DNA of 64,000 bases from a virus: positions 17,510 through 81,509 of the IMG/VR virus record IMGVR_UViG_3300031885_000004; one strand, written 5' to 3'. A program made the position numbers and the translations under genes. Position 1 is the first letter of the stretch. Each line of letters opens with the position of its first letter. Under the pieces are notes generated by a model, which was given only the letters and a program-made list of their open reading frames with translations, was not told the origin of the DNA and searched no databases. Of this stretch, positions 19,515-27,758 are shown one piece after another.

Positions 19515-20360
19515 TTATGCTGGTCCCGCTAATTTATGATTAGCTATTATATTTTTTCGCACATTGGCATTCATGATTAAATATGCGATTCTCGAGATGA
19601 TTCGGTCTTCAACAGATGATGTTTTAGATTTAACACTTAGTACGTCCCAAGCATCTCTATTAGTTTGGACATTGATTCCGAATCCGCTTAATATGTTAGA
19701 CATCTGCCCTGCGATAGAGGACGGCATTTTGTCTCTCTCGGTTGGTTCTGGGTCAGTCATTATACTTCTAATTTTGCGATGCTTTGAGCTACTATGATTT
19801 TTAGACCTCCAATATGGGTCATCGTCATCAGATTCAGGTCTGTCAATTAGGCAGGTAGAGTCTACCTGGCAAGATGATGGGAAAAACTCAATTGAGTTCA
19901 TACTCTTGTTTGAATATATCTCTATGGTGTCTCGAGCGCGAAATTCAGACGTCGCAGCCGCATAACATCTAAGAGCCAATAATATCTGCGAGTCTGAGGT
20001 CATTGCTTGTTTAAGCATATTGGAATATTGGTCGATCCCAACTGAATTTATTGAGTCTTGCACGAATTTAAATAACTTATCATCGGCTATCAATTCGGCT
20101 TGACTTAACGACACACAAATTCTCTCCCTAATTTCGTCAGCTTCCTTTTGCGATAATTTCCTATAAGCGAGTTTATCTAAGTCATCATGCATCTGCCATA
20201 ATTCTGATGGATATAACTTATCGTTCCATATAGCTCCTGGGCATGAGTGTTTTACTTGTTTTTGGGATTCTGGAAGCTGCTGGTGTGAAACAACTACTTC
20301 AGTGTTTTTGGAAGGTTGGATTACTGGCTGGGCTACATTTCTTTTTGGAAAGTTAATCAT
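19515..20360 (-). CDS. Hypothetical protein
   Basis: 281-aa ORF within the gene run. Confidence 0.7.
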   Translation of the reverse strand: MINFPKRNVAQPVIQPSKNTEVVVSHQQLPESQKQVKHSCPGAIWNDKLYPSELWQMHDDLDKLAYRKLSQKEADEIRERICVSLSQAELIADDKLFKFVQDSINSVGIDQYSNMLKQAMTSDSQILLALRCYAAATSEFRARDTIEIYSNKSMNSIEFFPSSCQVDSTCLIDRPESDDDDPYWRSKNHSSSKHRKIRSIMTDPEPTERDKMPSSIAGQMSNILSGFGINVQTNRDAWDVLSVKSKTSSVEDRIISRIAYLIMNANVRKNIIANHKLAGPA

Positions 20361-20363
20361 ACG

Positions 20364-20681
20364 CTATTTATTTATAAATATGTCGATCATCTTTTTGACA
20401 TCTTCTATTCTGCTGCGGTGCGCGACAATAGTATATTTCCCAAATCTGATGATTATCAAATTTGATATACCAACCATACCTATAGTTTCATCTAAATCTT
20501 GACAGTACACCATATTGTCGTTGCAATCCGCAGTATGCAGATTATTGCATCTCACTGGGTTACATGGGTCTATAAAGTTAGCATCTTGTGGATTCATCAT
20601 GCACCATTTATACCAAACTATGCCACTTTCCATCCTCGCAATATATATCAATAAGGTGTGGCCAGATTGTGTCTGTGGCAT
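20364..20681 (-). CDS. Hypothetical protein
   Basis: ORF within the gene run; start uncertain. Confidence 0.45.
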   Translation of the reverse strand: MPQTQSGHTLLIYIARMESGIVWYKWCMMNPQDANFIDPCNPVRCNNLHTADCNDNMVYCQDLDETIGMVGISNLIIIRFGKYTIVAHRSRIEDVKKMIDIFINK

Positions 20682-21321
20682 AATAGTCGTTTGTTGTGTG
20701 TTCTATTTCAAAATTATGGTCTAGCCGTGCTCTTAAGAGCACTGCCTGACCTTCATCTGGCGCGAACTGCCATATGTGTTCAGCACTGTTCATCCAATAA
20801 CTTCTTCTTCCTGATGTGCCGTCTGGCCACGTTTCCTGGTCAGTTCCATATGATGGACTATGTGTTAATAAGCCTTGCTTTGCAATCTGCAGGGCATTTT
20901 CTAGATTAGTTATGTGATATACGTGGCGGTTGTCTGATGGAACAGGGCCATCAACTTTCATTGGTTTTGGCACATCTTGATTATCTAATCGATCACAAAC
21001 GGTCTTTATTAAATCTTCAGTATTTCCTTGCTTATATGGATCCCATGGGACCGCAAAACTATCAATTATTTTGTCATCTTTTGATATGTTAATTATTATT
21101 TCTTTGACGTTTGAGAAATACAGTACGTGCGTTCCAATGTTTGCTATAATGTGTGGGTTGTCTTTCTTACTAACCCATAACACCCTAAAATCATGATCGG
21201 CAGTCAATCCTATTTCATGTTTAGCGTCGACTTTATATCCAAGATCTTCAAATTCGGACATTAAGAGATCTACGAAGTTAGGTGTGTATCGTTCATCTTC
21301 AAGTAATACAGCTAATTTCAT
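20608..21321 (-). CDS. MKL..E-leader protein with a C-terminal ART-fold-like domain
   Basis: MKLAVLLE; VYHITNLENALQIAKQGL...SYW. Confidence 0.65.
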   Translation of the reverse strand: MKLAVLLEDERYTPNFVDLLMSEFEDLGYKVDAKHEIGLTADHDFRVLWVSKKDNPHIIANIGTHVLYFSNVKEIIINISKDDKIIDSFAVPWDPYKQGNTEDLIKTVCDRLDNQDVPKPMKVDGPVPSDNRHVYHITNLENALQIAKQGLLTHSPSYGTDQETWPDGTSGRRSYWMNSAEHIWQFAPDEGQAVLLRARLDHNFEIEHTTNDYYATDTIWPHLIDIYCEDGKWHSLV

Positions 21322-21355
21322 CGGTCTGCCCAAGAACTAACACTTCGATCAATTG

Positions 21356-21961
21356 CTAACTATTGTTTTGTGCCGCTTGTAACGCGTTTTTATACCACTC
21401 GTTCAACTTTGGTAGGTAGGCTTTTTGTTGTTCTCCAGTCATCTGCCCACTTTCCCTCTGCTTTTTAAGTTTTTCTATAGCAGCATGAAATTGTTCTTCT
21501 ACCCAAGCGACATATTGTTTCTTGGCTTGAGATTGAGCTGGTTGTTGAGCTGGTTGTTGAGCTGGTTGTTGAGCTGGTTGTTGAGCTGGTTGTTGAGCTG
21601 GTTGTTGAGCTGGTTGTTGAGCTGGTTGTGTTTTTGCGGCATTCATCGCATCTGCACGGCTTGCATATTTTAATGGACGTTTACAACTATTACACGCTAA
21701 AGACAATGGTTTATATAATGATCCAATTGGTTTGTGGCAATTACCACAGAATTTTTCTCCAGTGCTTTTGTCTGTGTCGATATATCCCAAGGATTTTGCT
21801 GCCTTTTCTATCCTGTCTTCTTCTCTCATGCCACTCGGATCTTTGGGATCGTGGCCCTTCCCGAAGGTGCGGTCGTCGAGCGTTGCAGTCTGCTCGTCCT
21901 GCTCTTGTGGCACGTCCGGGTCTTCGGTAATCAATTTAGCTATGTCTTTGGGATCGATCAT
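21356..21961 (-). CDS. ITEDPD-leader protein with Zn ribbon and QPAQ repeat
   Basis: GGAG SD; MIDPKDIAKLITEDPDV; CGNC...CNSC. Confidence 0.8.
   Translation of the reverse strand: MIDPKDIAKLITEDPDVPQEQDEQTATLDDRTFGKGHDPKDPSGMREEDRIEKAAKSLGYIDTDKSTGEKFCGNCHKPIGSLYKPLSLACNSCKRPLKYASRADAMNAAKTQPAQQPAQQPAQQPAQQPAQQPAQQPAQQPAQSQAKKQYVAWVEEQFHAAIEKLKKQRESGQMTGEQQKAYLPKLNEWYKNALQAAQNNS
21533..21628. repeat. Eight copies of the 12-bp repeat TTGAGCTGGTTG (encodes QPAQ on the minus strand)
   Basis: Visible directly in the sequence. Confidence 0.95.
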
Positions 21962-21992
21962 TGTATACTCCAAGAGTAAAACGCACCGAGTT

Positions 21993-22487
21993 TTATTCAC
22001 CAGAAGGATATGCAACCCAAGCGGCTTGTTCATATCCTTCTGGCCACGCCAACAAAGACTGTATTGTTCTATGCCATCCTTCAATCAGTTCATAGCCATC
22101 GTTGCGCTTTATCATTATTATCGGTTCTTTTGATGGTCCTGCTTTTATTATTTCTTTTTGCTTTTGATGCCTTTCTGCGTCTCGTGGAACCAAATCTGGG
22201 TTTTCACCTTCAATTCTTCTTTTGAGTTTTTGACGTATTCTAGGAATAAAAATGTCTAAAGTAACGGTTATTGTTTCTAATTTCCATGTCGAATCAGATA
22301 ACCATGTTGATTTCCATTCTTTAGCCCATTTTGGATCATCTTTTATTATAGGATATATAAAATCTTTGATGACATAATCCGGAACCTTTGGGAAGGTGTC
22401 TTTTAAATATCCAACCATCGGTTGTCTTAATTCACAAAAGACATCTGGATCTTCAGTGATCAGTTTAGCTATGTCTTTGGGATCCAC
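21993..22487 (-). CDS. ParB/Srx-like domain protein with ITEDPD leader
   Basis: MDPKDIAKLITEDPDV; EPIIM...YELIEGWHR. Confidence 0.75.
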   Translation of the reverse strand: MDPKDIAKLITEDPDVFCELRQPMVGYLKDTFPKVPDYVIKDFIYPIIKDDPKWAKEWKSTWLSDSTWKLETITVTLDIFIPRIRQKLKRRIEGENPDLVPRDAERHQKQKEIIKAGPSKEPIIMIKRNDGYELIEGWHRTIQSLLAWPEGYEQAAWVAYPSGE

Positions 22488-22864
22488 GTTGACGCTTCCT
22501 TTATTTGATCGATAGTCGCGATAGTTGCTTTGATTGTCTTTGCACCAATAGTTAATGCCTTTCTTATCCTATGCGTCCCATCTATTAAATCTCCAGTTTC
22601 ATCTAATATTATCGGGTAATTAAGATCTGCTCTCGCTTCCCATTCGCTATCTTCTCCAAATTGCCATCCTCTCTTTATAAGATTTTTATATAATGATTTG
22701 GTGCTGACGAACTTTATAGGATTGTTTTTGGTTATTATCCAAAGTTTTCTGATGTTTATTTCATATAAGCCAGTTTCATCTTCATATGTCTGCGACCCCT
22801 CATCTGATGCCGTTGGCACATCTGGGTCTTCAGTTATTAATTTGGCTATGTCTTTAGGATCCAT
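22469..22864 (-). CDS. ParB/Srx-like domain protein with ITEDPD leader
   Basis: MDPKDIAKLITEDPDV; ADLNYPIIL...IDGTHRIRKA. Confidence 0.8.
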   Translation of the reverse strand: MDPKDIAKLITEDPDVPTASDEGSQTYEDETGLYEINIRKLWIITKNNPIKFVSTKSLYKNLIKRGWQFGEDSEWEARADLNYPIILDETGDLIDGTHRIRKALTIGAKTIKATIATIDQIKEASTWIPKT

Positions 22865-22897
22865 GCAATATCTTTGCGTTATGATCAAAATTAATGT

Positions 22898-23572
22898 GTG
22901 AAACTTAGTGTTTTATTTGAAGAAGATAAGGTCACTGTCGGATCGCGTTTTATATTAAATATTATAAAGCGTGCTCTAGAGCAGAAACCAAGCACTCCGA
23001 CAGAATTGCGCAAGATATTATATACGATTGCTGGTCAGAATGGCATATTACATGGAAATAAAATTCAATTGCCTAAAGATATTGATCCAGACGGAAAATT
23101 TTATCTAGTAGTATACCCAGAATCTGCTGATGGTAAGACTAATGCTGAAGCGCATGGGAGCGCAATAAGATTATACGCCGATGTGATATTAAAAGACCCA
23201 AAGCGTGCAATTCCTAATATCAATGGAATCATCACCCACGAATTGGCTCATATTTTCGAGAAAGAGGGAACTTCTCCCGATGAAGATGTGATCGACGCTG
23301 GGGAAAGAACCGTTAAGTACCTATCTGATAGTGGAGAGATAAATTCAAACGCTAGACAAATAGCGACTCTATATAATCATGTGTTCCCTGGCCAACCGCT
23401 TGATGATGCCAAATTAAATGAACTCGCGCAGCAATACAAAGATAACGAGACGATGCAGTGTTATCTGATTAAATTTAGATCTAAAGATATACAAAGCAAA
23501 TATGCACATATTGCGGATTTGGAGCAGGTATATCAAGATATTATTGACAAAATACAAAAGCATCTAACTTAG
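22898..23572 (+). CDS. Zincin-like (HExxH) metallopeptidase with MKL..E leader
   Basis: MKLSVLFEE; ITHELAH; Y....E. Confidence 0.7.
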   Translation: MKLSVLFEEDKVTVGSRFILNIIKRALEQKPSTPTELRKILYTIAGQNGILHGNKIQLPKDIDPDGKFYLVVYPESADGKTNAEAHGSAIRLYADVILKDPKRAIPNINGIITHELAHIFEKEGTSPDEDVIDAGERTVKYLSDSGEINSNARQIATLYNHVFPGQPLDDAKLNELAQQYKDNETMQCYLIKFRSKDIQSKYAHIADLEQVYQDIIDKIQKHLT

Positions 23573-23574
23573 CT

Positions 23575-24150
23575 GTTTCATATAATGCCTTTGCACGTCT
23601 CTGATGTATATAAAGCCAAAGTGAAAACGATACCGAAATTCATGGCAAAAATTGAACCAGTAGTTAAAAGAATTACTAAGCGAAGCGAAAACAAAAGTAA
23701 AAATGCGCCGTTCAAAACGTTCTCCTTTAGCCCGCGCCCGTTGATAAGGGCTAAAGGCGCCGGAGGTCTTCGGCGGGTTAGGCGTAAAACAACCAGTTCA
23801 TGAGCGGGCCTTCGCCAAAGGCGTCGTAAAATCCTGGCAGGAGCGAGTGCTCCCCGGCGAATTCGAACTGCTTATAGCCGGGACCATGTGCATCCTGAGG
23901 TGGCTCTCGAAAGGGAGTTTCGAGCGTGAGAGGCGCTCGGCGGTTGAGCCTCTGCCGGGTCGGGGAAGCGAATTAAGAATCGCCGAACCGTTTAGAACCA
24001 CCGTGAAGAAGATATCTAAAGATCATTTCGATTTCGATCCTCTTTAACGATTTCGAAACCTTTTTGATATCTCTTCTAACCGGCTCTGCCACATACGCTG
24101 GGCAAGGCTGGGATGCGGTTGGAAGGAAGCAGAGTATCAAAGCAGACAAG
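23575..24150. ncRNA. Putative large structured non-coding RNA
   Basis: GC-richer gap with no convincing ORF and many hairpins (23724-23757, 23758-23775, CTCTC-GAAA-GGGAG at 23904, 23921-23939, 24005-24076). Confidence 0.45.
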
Positions 24151-24152
24151 AG

Positions 24153-24344
24153 TTATTTTACGAACATAGACAGGATCTTGAGAACTGTGAAACCAGCTGC
24201 TGTTAATGTCTGGATGGTTTCTTTGGTTGCTTTAGAATTGCGAAGCTTAGCGGCAGCCTCCTCGAAGACCTTAGCTGCGTCATCGGCAGAAAAGGAATTG
24301 AGGTCGACCTTCTTATCTAGTCCAAGCTGATCATAAATACCCAT
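24153..24344 (-). CDS. Small hypothetical protein
   Basis: Follows the lipoprotein gene; GAGG SD. Confidence 0.65.
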   Translation of the reverse strand: MGIYDQLGLDKKVDLNSFSADDAAKVFEEAAAKLRNSKATKETIQTLTAAGFTVLKILSMFVK

Positions 24345-24345
24345 A

Positions 24346-24732
24346 TTACTTACCTCTCTTCGATTCGATTAGATCGTAAATCTGCTTGCCTTGGGCTACC
24401 CACGCCGGTAGCTCCTGAATTACGCTACTGAAGAACGCAGGGTCTAATGTATCAGACTCTGCAGCTCCCTTAATGACCAGAAGCCAACAATAGTTGATAG
24501 TCAATTGCTCGATAATAGCCTTCTTCTGGGCATCAAAGATCACTTGATCCTCAGGCTTCCACTCCGGATTAGCTTTAGCTAGTTTTTCAAAGTTGTTCAG
24601 CTGGCGGACAACATTTTTCTCGAGATTGACCTGGTTTTCTGTGGCCATAATATTACCGGGGCCAAAGTCATCAAAACTAGTGCATCCGACGAACAGCATG
24701 CAGACAGCGATAATAGCGAGAATAGAACGCAT
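24346..24732 (-). CDS. Putative lipoprotein
   Basis: MRSILAIIAVCMLFVG-C lipobox; GGAGG SD; CAAAAATA upstream. Confidence 0.75.
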   Translation of the reverse strand: MRSILAIIAVCMLFVGCTSFDDFGPGNIMATENQVNLEKNVVRQLNNFEKLAKANPEWKPEDQVIFDAQKKAIIEQLTINYCWLLVIKGAAESDTLDPAFFSSVIQELPAWVAQGKQIYDLIESKRGK

Positions 24733-24870
24733 GGTGCCTCCTATAACTTCAACCTACCAGTATTTTTGTCGCGAGCAAGCAGCGTAAATATTTAGGAGCA
24801 CAAAAATAAAGCAAAGAAGATTTAGACTACGCAACGTATTTTATTATTAGCAATTTAATGGTGGTGAATC

Positions 24871-25131
24871 ATGAGGGGAGCAACAGAAAAACTAATGGTA
24901 TTAACGCCAAACCAAGCACGAGCCGCGCAATGTTGGTATCAGTTCATCGGTGATATAGTTGCGGCAGATAGGGCAATGGAAAGGAAAATTACCCAGGTTA
25001 GCAAACCAATCGTGCTAAATGACCGAGAATGTTCAATACTCGCAAGATGGTGGAACTATCTTCCGAGCAACTTAGTTGATCCTGGCGATAGAGATTTATA
25101 CGATACAATCAGAAATTTTTTATTTAATTAA
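24871..25131 (+). CDS. Hypothetical protein with an internal duplication (xxWYQFI / xxWWNYL)
   Basis: ORF with SD, followed by a hairpin. Confidence 0.6.
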   Translation: MRGATEKLMVLTPNQARAAQCWYQFIGDIVAADRAMERKITQVSKPIVLNDRECSILARWWNYLPSNLVDPGDRDLYDTIRNFLFN

Positions 25132-25152
25132 GCAGCGTCCCGTCTGAGGCCA

Positions 25153-25188
25153 GTTTTGGGCCGCCTCGTAACAGGGGCGGCCCAAAAC
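25153..25188. terminator. Stem-loop
   Basis: GTTTTGGGCCGCC...GGCGGCCCAAAAC inverted repeat. Confidence 0.6.
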
Positions 25189-25213
25189 ATATACAGAGAG
25201 TATTTGAGCCACT

Positions 25214-26626
25214 ATGGAAGATGTCAGAACACCAGACGCAATAGATGATATAGAGATTAAATATCCAGGACCAAAAGATTTGGTGCATCTGCACTCACAT
25301 ACTATATTTTCAGCTCTTGATGGTATTGCATCACCAGAAGATTATATGAAAAGGTGCGGAGAACTTGGTATGTCAGCTATTGCCATAACCGATCATGGGT
25401 GTCTTGCATCTTTCCCAGACGCTTATTTTGCGGCCAAAACATATAAGATAAAATTCATACCAGGATGTGAGATATATTATAATGATCACCACAATGAACT
25501 ACAGGAATTCCAAAAAAGTGGTAATAAATGGTCATCTTTGAAATTGTTGGACCTAGAAAAATATGAATTATTACGCAGGCATAGACACGTAACTGTTTTG
25601 TCTAAAAACCAAGTTGGGTATAAAAATTTAATCCATATGACTACCAATGCATGGGAAATTGGCCATTATTATAAACCAAGAATCTGGATGGATATACTTG
25701 ATAGCCATAAAGACGGGCTAATTATTCTTAGTGGGTGTATGAATGGTCCGGTATGTCACGAGATAAGGGCAGCACACGAATTAACCATTAAAGGCCAAAA
25801 TTCGGAAGCAAGTAGGCATTTAGAGATGGCCAGACAGTGGTTAAATGATATGCGCGAAATATTTGGGAAGGACCTATATATTGAAATGCAAATGCCGGGT
25901 AAAGACCTTGACGGGTCAATCCAAGCTTTCGCGACATGCGCGAGATGGTCTGATGAATTTGGCATAAAAGCCGTCATAACTAATGATTGCCATTATATTC
26001 ACAGACAAGACTTTGATGTTCAAAAATGCATGATGGCGGTTGACCAAAAAAAGACATTAGATGATCCTGAGCTATTCACCACCAATTCAAGCGAGCAATA
26101 TTTTAAGAGCAGATCGCATCTTAGGGCTATATTCCACGAGCATGGCTATAATGCAGATGTTAGTCAGGCTAAATTTGAAGAAATTTGCGATAACACTGTT
26201 GAAGCTGCAGAAAAATGCGATGGGTTTAAACCAGACCTATCACCAAAATTACCAGCCATTAAAAACGCTAGTGATAAACTAACAGTTTTAGTATTAAATG
26301 CTCTCAAGGATAAGGAGTTATATAATAGCCAGAAGAAATATGAAGTTGATGGAAAGATGGTCACCCATAAAGAGCAAGCCCTGATAGAATTAAGTCGGAT
26401 CATCTCGAAAGGCTTCGCGCCATACTTTTTAGTGATTCGAGATTTAATACAATATTCTATTAATAGTGGATGGGATGTTGGTCCTGCCAGAGGTAGCGCT
26501 GGCGGATCATTGGTTTGTTTTCTAATCGGGATCCACGAGCTTGATCCATTAAAGTGGCACCTATCATTTAATAGGTTCATGTCGCCGTCTCGAGGCGGCA
26601 ACATGCTGAAAGTATCAATGGAATAA
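25214..26626 (+). CDS. dnaE: DNA polymerase III alpha, N-terminal part (PHP domain plus start of palm)
   Basis: HLHSH..FS.LDG, AITDHG, GCEIY, SGC, TNDCHY, GPARGSAGGSLV, F.RF; ends before the PDID motif. Confidence 0.92.
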   Translation: MEDVRTPDAIDDIEIKYPGPKDLVHLHSHTIFSALDGIASPEDYMKRCGELGMSAIAITDHGCLASFPDAYFAAKTYKIKFIPGCEIYYNDHHNELQEFQKSGNKWSSLKLLDLEKYELLRRHRHVTVLSKNQVGYKNLIHMTTNAWEIGHYYKPRIWMDILDSHKDGLIILSGCMNGPVCHEIRAAHELTIKGQNSEASRHLEMARQWLNDMREIFGKDLYIEMQMPGKDLDGSIQAFATCARWSDEFGIKAVITNDCHYIHRQDFDVQKCMMAVDQKKTLDDPELFTTNSSEQYFKSRSHLRAIFHEHGYNADVSQAKFEEICDNTVEAAEKCDGFKPDLSPKLPAIKNASDKLTVLVLNALKDKELYNSQKKYEVDGKMVTHKEQALIELSRIISKGFAPYFLVIRDLIQYSINSGWDVGPARGSAGGSLVCFLIGIHELDPLKWHLSFNRFMSPSRGGNMLKVSME

Positions 26627-27051
26627 TGTATAAAGAAATTGACCAGCTGCTTAGAAGAGGATTTTGCGCCATTAGTATAATGGCTGATCCAGATGGATCA
26701 TATAAAGATTCAAATGAAGTATGGGGCGAATCATATGTTTATATCAGCATTACACATAAGCAATATACGTCAGAACTAAGGTTTTTGTTTAGGTCGATTG
26801 GTTTCACACAAACCTGTGATACATTACGAAAATTAGTCAAAATGTATGATGATCGAAAAGGTGATGTGTGGGAGTTATCAAACCAGAAGAGAATACCATT
26901 GAATTTGTTGCCAACCGATAAAATATTAATACAAGGAACCATTAATGGGCTTAAAATAGCTAGAGAAATTTTAGGATTAACTATCCATGACCAAAGAGAA
27001 GTTAAGCCTACTCCGAGACCTGGTGGCCAAAGCCCTACATGCACAAGCTAA
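26626..27051 (+). CDS. Hypothetical protein
   Basis: Translationally coupled to the upstream gene (TAATG). Confidence 0.6.
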   Translation: MYKEIDQLLRRGFCAISIMADPDGSYKDSNEVWGESYVYISITHKQYTSELRFLFRSIGFTQTCDTLRKLVKMYDDRKGDVWELSNQKRIPLNLLPTDKILIQGTINGLKIAREILGLTIHDQREVKPTPRPGGQSPTCTS

Positions 27052-27388
27052 CTACATACGCATAGTTGGAGACGACTTGCCAATTCGCGCTTATATTACA
27101 CTATTTAAGTGGCCAGATGTAACAAGTAGCTTGGTGCTGGCATTGAACGACAATGAATCAGCAATTGATGTCGCGATTGACGATTTATCGGCCATAATTA
27201 TTTGCACGCTAAGGCCATTAGCATTAACGTATGTTGATATTGCCAAAAATGCAATGGATAAAGATGCCGTCAGGGAGGAGATAAACTTATTATCAAAATC
27301 GGGAAACATACATAGCTCAAGAGACCAATTAATTAAGATAATTAATGGCATCAGTGATGCCAACCATGGATTCCCACGAATAATTTAG
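26987..27388 (+). CDS. Hypothetical protein
   Basis: ORF within the operon. Confidence 0.55.
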   Translation: MTKEKLSLLRDLVAKALHAQANYIRIVGDDLPIRAYITLFKWPDVTSSLVLALNDNESAIDVAIDDLSAIIICTLRPLALTYVDIAKNAMDKDAVREEINLLSKSGNIHSSRDQLIKIINGISDANHGFPRII

Positions 27389-27398
27389 GAATGTAAAC

Positions 27399-27758
27399 AT
27401 GAAAATTGAGACTGGTGGGATAGTCAGTAAAAAGACTGGGTCGAAGTTCGCTGTTATAATTAAGATAGGTAGTGAAATTAGATCGTATGTGCATGAAGTC
27501 AAATCAGATTCGACACTTAATTATGTTGAATTATTGGCGGTTAAATTTGCTTTACTTGGTTCGAATGTTACACCAATAATAATTTCAACACCAAACGTCT
27601 ATGTATGTGATATCTTAAGGCATGAGGGCGATAATTGGCTAAAACTGCCAAAATCAAATAAAGAACTAGTAGATGAAATCAGAAAGCTTATAATAGAAAA
27701 GAATGCATCAATAACGTTCGAAAGAAACGAAGAAATTAGGAAACTGTGTAGCTCATGA
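27399..27758 (+). CDS. RNase HI-like protein, degenerate
   Basis: STLNYVELLAVKFAL, NVYV, W...KSNKELVDEI; first catalytic Asp not evident. Confidence 0.55.
   Translation: MKIETGGIVSKKTGSKFAVIIKIGSEIRSYVHEVKSDSTLNYVELLAVKFALLGSNVTPIIISTPNVYVCDILRHEGDNWLKLPKSNKELVDEIRKLIIEKNASITFERNEEIRKLCSS

Noticed and set aside
17970-22870. ITEDPD-encoding DNA as attC-like or recombination repeats
   Set aside because: Differences fall mainly at synonymous positions and there is no dyad symmetry, so conservation is at protein level.
23595-23630. Hammerhead ribozyme core (CTGATG...GAAA)
   Set aside because: The core reads CTGATGT rather than CTGANGA, and the required stems are not evident.
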